DNA of 6,947 nucleotides from a virus: IMG/VR virus record IMGVR_UViG_3300032220_001230, positions 1 to 6,947 of that record; one strand, 5' to 3'. Shown piece by piece: positions 1 to 4,535 of this stretch (position 1 is its first letter; each line of letters starts with the position of its first letter). The notes under the pieces were generated by a model. It saw only the letters and a program-made list of their open reading frames with translations, ran no database searches and was not told where the DNA came from. The position numbers and the translations under genes were made by a program.

Positions 1-66
1 ACTTTAGTTTTATTGGATTTGGTTCCTCAGAAACCGACTCAATCAAAACCATTAGGCCAAGTTTAA
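1..66 (+). CDS. 3' end (partial, duplicate copy) of the putative ssDNA-binding protein gene
   Basis: In-frame TLVLLDLVPQKPTQSKPLGQV* with stop TAA at 64-66. Identical to 6825-6890 because of the terminal redundancy. The 5' part lies beyond the window start. Confidence 0.6.
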   Translation, partial: TLVLLDLVPQKPTQSKPLGQV

Positions 67-72
67 AAAATA

Positions 73-101
73 AAGCCTTTGTAAATCAAGGGCTTATATT
101 T
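73..101 (+). terminator. Hairpin terminator candidate after the replication-module genes
   Basis: 9-bp stem AAGCCTTTG (73-81) / CAAGGGCTT (87-95) with one G.T pair and loop TAAAT. An A-run lies upstream and an AT/T-rich tail ATATTT downstream. It starts 7 nt after the stop codon. The U-tract is weak. Confidence 0.45.
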
Positions 102-106
102 AAAAC

Positions 107-134
107 ACTTCGTATAATGTATAATATGTCAATT
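107..134 (+). other. dif-like XerC/XerD recombination site 1 (6-bp central region)
   Basis: ACTTCGTATAA-TGTATA-ATATGTCAATT compared with the gammaproteobacterial dif pattern as I recall it (nATTCGCATAA-TGTATA-TTATGTTAAAT). The XerC arm matches 9/11, the central region 6/6 and the XerD arm 8/11. It sits in the intergenic gap between the replication and structural modules. Confidence 0.6.
113..125 (+). promoter_or_regulatory. Possible -10 elements for the structural operon
   Basis: Two overlapping consensus TATAAT hexamers (113-118, 120-125) lie upstream of the structural genes. I found no convincing -35. The hexamers are part of the dif-like site, so the match may be incidental. Confidence 0.25.
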
Positions 135-161
135 AAATCAATAACTTAGAGAATTATTAGT

Positions 162-269
162 ATGAATATTATAGCAATGCTAGGGGATAATCAAGCGGAG
201 TGCCCAAAGTGCCTCTCTCTATTTCATTGGCAGTATTTGTACTTTCACATGTCTAAGTGTCAGGGGTAA
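162..269 (+). CDS. 35-aa small ORF (below ORF-track threshold) with a CxxC...H...C motif, in the position of Ff gVII
   Basis: Translation is MNIIAMLGDNQAECPKCLSLFHWQYLYFHMSKCQG*. The stop TAA (267-269) is 2 nt before the ATG at 272, and the RBS for the next gene lies inside its 3' end (coupled arrangement). Its own SD is weak (AGAG about 12 nt upstream). Confidence 0.4.
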   Translation: MNIIAMLGDNQAECPKCLSLFHWQYLYFHMSKCQG

Positions 270-271
270 GT

Positions 272-475
272 ATGGACGTTTACGTTTGCTCAGCTATTGA
301 AATCGTTAATAACGTGCAGACGTGTACGGCTTATGTGCCTTTATCAATTGCTCATGTCTTTAATGGCTTGGCAATTACACAGCAGGATTCTATCGCTATA
401 TCAAAAGCTATAGCGGAGATATGCGGTCTTTTGATCGCTTACAGCTTCATTATGAAAGCTGCAAAACTAGCCTAA
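272..475 (+). CDS. 67-aa small hydrophobic protein, putative minor coat protein (positional analogue of pVII/pIX)
   Basis: ATG at 272 is preceded by AGGGG (262-266). The C-terminal hydrophobic helix IAEICGLLIAYSFIM is followed by a basic tail KAAKLA. The gene lies directly upstream of the major coat gene. The ORF-track GTG start at 257 overlaps the 35-aa ORF and lacks an RBS. Confidence 0.55.
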   Translation: MDVYVCSAIEIVNNVQTCTAYVPLSIAHVFNGLAITQQDSIAISKAIAEICGLLIAYSFIMKAAKLA

Positions 476-489
476 ATAGGAGAAACATC

Positions 490-762
490 ATGGCTTATTC
501 AAACGTAACACCAATCGCTCAACAAACTCATCAAAAAACTTGGTTCCAAAAGTTCCGTGGTCGTTTTGCTGCGGGTACAGGTTTAATTCTTGCGGGTGCT
601 GGTACTGCACATGCTGAGGGTTTAACTGAGGTTGGGACTGCAATTACTGGTCAGCTCACAGCATCACAAGCAATCATTATTTCTGTTTTGATTGCTGCTG
701 CGACTATCACCGCAATCATTATCGGGTATCGAAAACTTAATAAAGGCGCTAACGCTGCTTAA
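490..762 (+). CDS. Major coat protein (pVIII-like) precursor, 90 aa
   Basis: AGGAG (478-482) lies 7 nt before the ATG at 490. The leader ends in AGAGTAHA|EG (AxA cleavage motif). The mature peptide of about 48 aa has an acidic N-terminus (EGLTE), a hydrophobic core (AIIISVLIAAATITAIIIG) and a basic C-terminus (YRKLNKGANAA). This is the classic inovirus coat architecture. Confidence 0.85.
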   Translation: MAYSNVTPIAQQTHQKTWFQKFRGRFAAGTGLILAGAGTAHAEGLTEVGTAITGQLTASQAIIISVLIAAATITAIIIGYRKLNKGANAA

Positions 763-765
763 AAC

Positions 766-792
766 TAGCCCCTTCGGGGGCTTCCTTATTTT
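766..792 (+). terminator. Rho-independent terminator/attenuator after the major coat gene
   Basis: Perfect stem AGCCCC (767-772) / GGGGCT (777-782) with a TTCG tetraloop, followed by the T-rich tail TCCTTATTTT. It begins 4 nt after the coat stop codon. Confidence 0.7.
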
Positions 793-858
793 GGGGTGAT
801 GTATGCCAGAAGCTTCAATTTTTTATTGGATTTTACCTATAACAATAGTGGTGGTCAC

Positions 859-2184
859 ATGGGTCGTTATAAAAAATATCTAACTATATTATTGATGTTT
901 AGCATACACATGATGCCTTTTAATGCTGTCCGTGCCTCGACTGTTGCAGGTGAAGGATGGTCTGTATCTAAACGACTTGTACAAGGTGCTACCACGTTTT
1001 ATGACGGTACTAAAAATATCGTTTTGAATGGTAAAAACTATGCGGCTAAAGGTACAGCAGCGATTACGCCTGCGGCTAGTCAAGTTAGTAAAATGATTGT
1101 TAGAACTGGTGCTGTTCTTGCTGTTGATTTAGCAATTAAAACCTTGATTGGTGCTGTTGATTACGTAATGGATCCTGCAAACAATCGCGTTAAATATTAT
1201 GTTGAGCCTACTAGTAACACACCGCAACCTACTGATCTTTATATGTGGAAGTATGAAAGCAGTGTAACTGGTACAACTTATTTTCGTTATCCGGGTGTGC
1301 CTTCATCAATTTGTCAATCAATCCTTACTATGTGGTCTGGTAAAACTCCTTGGAAATATGACAAAGTTGCTCTTTCATCATCTTCAACAACATCAGTAGT
1401 TTGTTATTTATCTAGTACAACAACTAGTTACGATGGTAATTCTGGTGTTGCACGTGTTAATAACCCTGCATACAATCCAAACGCACAACCTAATCGAGAG
1501 GAAAGATATTTACCTTATGATGCTGTAGCTACTCAAATTGTAAGTGATGCCACAGCAGATAAAGCTGAAGGTAAAGCTTATGTTTCATCTGTTGCTGATA
1601 CTGCTCTTGAAGATGAACAAAAACAAATTGTTCCTGCTAATGACATCATTAATCAGCTTAATAACTCTCAAGCAATACCAACTAACAATACTGCTACTGG
1701 TTCAGTAACTCCCACAACGGGTGAAGGTGCTGGTACTGGTGATCCATCAGCGCCTACAGCTCTACCGTCTGACATTACTTTAAATTTCCCAGTTTTCTGC
1801 GACTGGGCGCCGACTGTTTGTTCTGCGGCTCAAACAGTAATTTCATTTCCTCAGACTATGACGACTTGGTGGGAAACTGGTAAAAAGTCTGCTTCTGAAA
1901 CATGGACCGAGGTTAAAGACTGGTTTAAAGAGCCTGAAAATACCGACAATACTCTTGATTTAGACGTACAGTCTGAACCAGAACCTAATACACAAATCAG
2001 CTTTTCAACTTCCTGTCCTGCAAAGATACCGCTTTCATTTTCTTGGAATGGGCAAACATTAGATTTTTCTTTTGATTTCACTATCTGGTGTGAGTCTATC
2101 TCTGCTTTTGTTTATCCGATTGTTGTAGCTCTTGGGGCACTTCATGCGCTCTATATCGTTTCAGGAGTCAGAGAAAATGGCTAG
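859..2184 (+). CDS. pIII-like adsorption/minor coat protein, 441 aa
   Basis: Starting at ATG 859 gives a signal peptide MGRYKKYLTILLMFSIHMMPFNAVRA|S. The protein has Ser/Thr/Gly/Pro-rich linkers (SSSSTTSVVCYLSSTTTS; TGSVTPTTGEGAGTGDPSAPTALP) and several Cys. A C-terminal membrane anchor ISAFVYPIVVALGALHALYIVSGV is present. The position after the coat gene fits gIII. The product call rests on architecture and synteny only. Confidence 0.65.
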   Translation: MGRYKKYLTILLMFSIHMMPFNAVRASTVAGEGWSVSKRLVQGATTFYDGTKNIVLNGKNYAAKGTAAITPAASQVSKMIVRTGAVLAVDLAIKTLIGAVDYVMDPANNRVKYYVEPTSNTPQPTDLYMWKYESSVTGTTYFRYPGVPSSICQSILTMWSGKTPWKYDKVALSSSSTTSVVCYLSSTTTSYDGNSGVARVNNPAYNPNAQPNREERYLPYDAVATQIVSDATADKAEGKAYVSSVADTALEDEQKQIVPANDIINQLNNSQAIPTNNTATGSVTPTTGEGAGTGDPSAPTALPSDITLNFPVFCDWAPTVCSAAQTVISFPQTMTTWWETGKKSASETWTEVKDWFKEPENTDNTLDLDVQSEPEPNTQISFSTSCPAKIPLSFSWNGQTLDFSFDFTIWCESISAFVYPIVVALGALHALYIVSGVRENG

Positions 2185-2455
2185 TTTATCGACCTTGTTT
2201 GCTAGTGCCCAAAAAGGTTTTTTAAAGAACGTTTTACAGGGTGCAGGGATAACCCTAGGTACTGCGGGTATATCATTAGCAATAATAAATACAATGATTA
2301 CTCATTTTAGTAATTCTGTTCATCAATTGCCTGTAGTGCTTCTACAAATGGCTGGCGTTACTGGCTTAGATATCTACTTTTCGCTTGTACTTGGTGCAAT
2401 TGTTACCAAGCATTTTAGACAAGCTTCTCCATTGCATTTACTTAAGAAACAATAA
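2177..2455 (+). CDS. pVI-like small membrane/minor coat protein, 92 aa
   Basis: ATG 2177 is preceded by AGGAG (2163-2167) and overlaps the pIII-like stop by 8 nt. There are two hydrophobic segments (GAGITLGTAGISLAIINTMI; LPVVLLQMAGVTGLDIYFSLVLGAIV). The position between gIII-like and zot/gI-like genes matches gVI in Ff and ace in CTXphi. Confidence 0.55.
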   Translation: MASLSTLFASAQKGFLKNVLQGAGITLGTAGISLAIINTMITHFSNSVHQLPVVLLQMAGVTGLDIYFSLVLGAIVTKHFRQASPLHLLKKQ

Positions 2456-2467
2456 CGGGGATAAAAA

Positions 2468-3919
2468 ATGCTACATCTTGTCACTGGTACGCCTGGAGCA
2501 TCTAAGACGGCCTTTGTTGTTACTCAATTAGATAAATTAGAACGTTCAAATTTCATTAATGTACGTAAAAACAAAACTATATTCGAATTTAATAAACCTT
2601 TGTTTGAGAAGTTTAAGGATGAGTTTCTTTATTACTCTTATGAAGAGGGTTCAGGATCTGCCCGTAAAACGATTATTGAACCATTAGCAGAAGATTACTT
2701 TTTATTTTTAAATGAAGAATTTGACGATTTACGTCCAGATGATTATTTTAAAAAAACTACTAGGTACAACGAAATTGTTGACCGTATCAATGATATTCAT
2801 GGCCCCCAAAAGTTTGAATTATTGCAGCCTGTACGTACCATTTATACAAATATCAAAGCTTGTAAAATTCCTTACACTAGACCTTTGATTCATGATTGGC
2901 GTGATGCTCCAGACGGTTCTGTAATCGTAATTGACGAGATTCAACTTGTAGAACCATATAAAAATAAAAAGTCAGAAGACCCTATGATCATGGACCTTAC
3001 GATTCATCGTCATAGAGGTTTTGATTTTTATATCATTACTCAAGCTACACGTTATTTACATCCTGCTGTCAAAGAGTTGATTGGTTGTCACTATCACATT
3101 ACACGTCCGTGGGGTTGGACACCTAAGGTTTATCAATATGGGTCTGCTCGTGATAATCCTAATGCTTTAGTGAATAAGATTAACTGTGAAGCTAAATTTA
3201 CTTTTAAGCCTGCTGATCGTATTTTTACGCTTTATAAATCAACAACCATCAATACGCATAAAAAGCGTATACCTAAATTTATCTATTTTATTGGTGCTGT
3301 AGTTGTTGTGATGGCTGGTCTTTTTTACCATTTTGCAACTAAAGACAATGTCATTTACGATCAGGTTGCTGGTAAGCCTGCTGCTCAATCTAAAGCACCG
3401 AATCAGACATCTACAACCACACAGACTGCTACAACTACTAAATCAGAGTTTAATGCTGATACTGAATGTAGAAAGGCTGCTAACGTTGAAAAACCTGAAT
3501 GCGTGAAGTGGTTTAGCGATATAACTAAAAATGGTTCTTCTGTAGCTCCTGCACAGCAAACACCGACAGAACAAGTCTCATATAACCCATCTAAACCATA
3601 TGACGACCAGATTCAAAAGTCTGTTTCTTATCAAGTAAGTGCAAAGCCTGTATTTAGTGGCTGCGTTAAGAAAAATGGACGTTATGTCGCATATACACAG
3701 CAAGGTACTATCTTGCATGATGTTAGTAGTTCAGACTGCAAGAAGCTTATAGATCAAGGCGATAGACCGTTTAATTACTTTGCTGACGCTCGGACTGAGT
3801 CTGTGAGTACAGGAACATTAAATAATGTTCCTACGGAGCAGACACAGCCGAATAAACAGCAATTACAACCAGTTAAGGCTGAGGAAAAAGAGCAAAAACC
3901 GATTACAGCGGTGATTTGA
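2468..3919 (+). CDS. zot: pI/Zot-family phage assembly ATPase, 483 aa
   Basis: GGGGA RBS (2457-2461). The N-terminal P-loop is LVTGTPGASKT and the Walker B is SVIVIDEIQ. A single TM segment FIYFIGAVVVVMAGLFYHF lies at about aa 270-290, followed by a C-terminal domain of roughly 190 aa. This is the typical domain order of gI/Zot proteins. Confidence 0.88.
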   Translation: MLHLVTGTPGASKTAFVVTQLDKLERSNFINVRKNKTIFEFNKPLFEKFKDEFLYYSYEEGSGSARKTIIEPLAEDYFLFLNEEFDDLRPDDYFKKTTRYNEIVDRINDIHGPQKFELLQPVRTIYTNIKACKIPYTRPLIHDWRDAPDGSVIVIDEIQLVEPYKNKKSEDPMIMDLTIHRHRGFDFYIITQATRYLHPAVKELIGCHYHITRPWGWTPKVYQYGSARDNPNALVNKINCEAKFTFKPADRIFTLYKSTTINTHKKRIPKFIYFIGAVVVVMAGLFYHFATKDNVIYDQVAGKPAAQSKAPNQTSTTTQTATTTKSEFNADTECRKAANVEKPECVKWFSDITKNGSSVAPAQQTPTEQVSYNPSKPYDDQIQKSVSYQVSAKPVFSGCVKKNGRYVAYTQQGTILHDVSSSDCKKLIDQGDRPFNYFADARTESVSTGTLNNVPTEQTQPNKQQLQPVKAEEKEQKPITAVI

Positions 3920-3960
3920 AAATCTAAATTTCTTCTTTTTGATTACTAAGAGCCGTCTAT

Positions 3961-4185
3961 ATGTTCTACCGTAGAAGTAACCATAAAAAGTCGTTCAGGG
4001 GAATTGCGAGTCCCCGTAGCTGTGCGGAGGGGTCGCAAGGCGTAGTCTACGGCTTTTTACGTGATAATATATCGACTTACACTCAATGCCAGTATTGCGG
4101 TCGTACATTGCAATTTGGTCAATTAATGAAACATTTGAGGCTTTTTCATGGATACGGAACAAGTAGTTTTGACCTTGGCATCTGA
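3961..4185 (+). CDS. Doubtful 74-aa ORF with a C-terminal C2H2-like motif
   Basis: The ORF is intact with a weak SD (AAGAG, 3948-3952). Its C-terminal half reads CQYCGRTLQFGQLMKHLRLFH (CxxC-x11-H-x4-H). Its N-terminal half coincides with a GC-rich hairpin plus T5 terminator-like element and uses codons (AGG, GGA, CCC, GGG) that are atypical for this genome. Confidence 0.28.
   Translation: MFYRRSNHKKSFRGIASPRSCAEGSQGVVYGFLRDNISTYTQCQYCGRTLQFGQLMKHLRLFHGYGTSSFDLGI
4014..4058 (+). terminator. GC-rich island A: terminator-like hairpin downstream of zot
   Basis: CCGTAG (4014-4019) pairs with CTACGG (4047-4052). The stem extends through CTGTGC (4020-4025) / GCGTAG (4040-4045), including two G.T pairs, with T4046 bulged. 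It is followed by C-TTTTT (4054-4058). Alternative pairings are GGGGA (3998-4002)/TCCCC (4011-4015), and TTGCGA..CCCC (4004-4015)/GGGGTCGCAA (4029-4038). Confidence 0.4.
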
Positions 4186-4288
4186 ATTTACCTTCCCTGA
4201 TTTATTTCAATTTCTAGCTTTATGCCTTATTGGTTTTCTTTTAAAAGTTTTCATTGAAACTATCTTAGAGAGTTCGCATAATAATTAG
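4148..4288 (+). CDS. 46-aa small hydrophobic ORF (below ORF-track threshold)
   Basis: Translation is MDTEQVVLTLASEFTFPDLFQFLALCLIGFLLKVFIETILESSHNN*. A good SD, GAGG (4137-4140), lies 7 nt before the ATG. It has one TM-like helix. The stop TAG (4286-4288) falls inside the central region of dif-like site 2. Confidence 0.3.
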   Translation: MDTEQVVLTLASEFTFPDLFQFLALCLIGFLLKVFIETILESSHNN

Positions 4289-4300
4289 ATTATGTTACTT
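4271..4300 (+). other. dif-like XerC/XerD site 2 (8-nt central region), candidate attP arm
   Basis: AGTTCGCATAA-TAATTAGA-TTATGTTACTT. The XerC arm matches nATTCGCATAA 10/11 and the XerD arm matches TTATGTTAAAT 9/11. Confidence 0.65.
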
Positions 4301-4319
4301 ATCAATGTGTTAGACATTC

Positions 4320-4351
4320 AAAAAAGCCATGTAGAACAATGGCTTTTTTTT
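4320..4351. terminator. Bidirectional rho-independent terminator
   Basis: A6 (4320-4325), stem AGCCAT (4325-4330) / ATGGCT (4339-4344), loop GTAGAACA and T8 (4344-4351). Up to 11 bp are complementary (AAAAAAGCCAT/ATGGCTTTTTT). It lies between the convergent + strand structural block and the - strand repressor gene. Confidence 0.7.
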
Positions 4352-4390
4352 ATGTCAACAATGCGAGCATTTCAGGCGCACTCGATTGAT

Positions 4391-4419
4391 ATTTAACATC
4401 AATCTTCATTATGCGAATT
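4391..4419 (-). other. dif-like XerC/XerD site 3 (7-nt central region), inverted relative to site 2
   Basis: The minus strand reads AATTCGCATAA-TGAAGAT-TGATGTTAAAT. The XerC arm matches 11/11 and the XerD arm 10/11 to the recalled gammaproteobacterial dif pattern. Confidence 0.7.
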
Positions 4420-4422
4420 CGA

Positions 4423-4497
4423 GACGCCCAGCGGAGCGGGGCGGGCAGGAGCAGGAGCTCCGACGCCCGACTAACCGCACAGCTCCGCAAGGGCGTT
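4423..4497 (+). other. GC-rich island B: long imperfect hairpin (candidate packaging signal or complementary-strand origin)
   Basis: Four nested helices: ACGCCC 4424-4429/GGGCGT 4491-4496; CGGAGC 4432-4437/GCTCCG 4482-4487; GGGCG 4439-4443/CGCCC 4464-4468; GGAGC 4448-4452/GCTCC 4457-4461. The loop is AGGA. This is about 22 bp in a roughly 75% GC segment, within a genome that looks AT-rich overall by eye. The function is inferred only. Confidence 0.4.
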
Positions 4498-4535
4498 GGG
4501 AGATTTGATTTAGTAGTCAGGATCAACAAATACAA

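Larger units (their letters stand above)
1..123. repeat. Terminal redundancy, left copy (identical to 6825-6947)
   Basis: Base-by-base comparison shows 123/123 identity with the last 123 nt of the window (offset 6,824). Confidence 0.97.
4270..4420 (+). other. Candidate folded single-stranded attP (forked hairpin formed by sites 2 and 3)
   Basis: 4270-4281 pairs with 4409-4420 (12 bp, one G.T). The central regions are largely mismatched (8 nt vs 7 nt). 4290-4300 pairs with 4391-4401 (8/11) and 4301-4306 with 4385-4390 (6/6). The 78-nt interior forms a 20-bp hairpin (4308-4360) plus a short stem (4364-4367/4381-4384). Confidence 0.6.

Noticed and set aside
152-179. Possible inverted partner for dif-like site 1 (AATTATTAGTA-TGAATA-TTATAGCAATG), which would make a second folded attP
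   Set aside because: Only about 7/11 matches per arm, and only 7/11 complementarity to the site 1 XerC arm. That is not better than expected in AT-rich sequence.
257-271. GTG start at 257 for the 67-aa gene
   Set aside because: It has no RBS and overlaps the 35-aa ORF. The ATG at 272 is preceded by AGGGG.
421-489. ORF-track N-terminal extension of the coat gene (start at 421)
   Set aside because: It overlaps the 3' end of the 67-aa gene and has no SD. The ATG at 490 has a consensus AGGAG at ideal spacing and yields a proper signal peptide.
796-858. Upstream start (796/799) for the pIII-like gene
   Set aside because: It would begin inside the terminator tail, with GGGG only 2 nt from the ATG at 799 (abutting the GTG at 796). 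The extra 21 aa would precede and bury the signal peptide that begins at 859.
889-1083. 64-aa minus-strand ORF antisense to the pIII-like gene
   Set aside because: It lies entirely inside a well-supported + strand gene, has an Arg/Cys-rich low-plausibility sequence and has no RBS. The same applies to 1851-2081 (-).
2132-2176. Upstream extension of the pVI-like ORF
   Set aside because: It lies within the pIII-like coding end. The ATG at 2177 has AGGAG upstream and gives the compact overlap typical of this genome.
3251-3278. dif-like sequence inside zot (AATACGCATAA-AAAGCG-TATACCTAAAT)
   Set aside because: The XerD arm matches only 6/11 and the sequence lies in a coding region. It is probably a chance match to the AT-rich half-palindrome.
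2468-3919. Calling the Zot homologue an enterotoxin or virulence factor
   Set aside because: The family name reflects V. cholerae Zot. The conserved function is phage assembly. The C-terminal region here shows none of the V. cholerae active-peptide motif (FCIGRL) that I recall.
3998-4019. tRNA T-arm-like stem-loop (GGGGA-ATTGCGAG-TCCCC) suggesting a tRNA-derived attP
   Set aside because: The loop is 8 nt and lacks the TTCGA(A/G)T consensus. No matching acceptor-stem complement or anticodon arm is present. A similar look at GAATTCGAGACGCCC (4415-4429) also failed.
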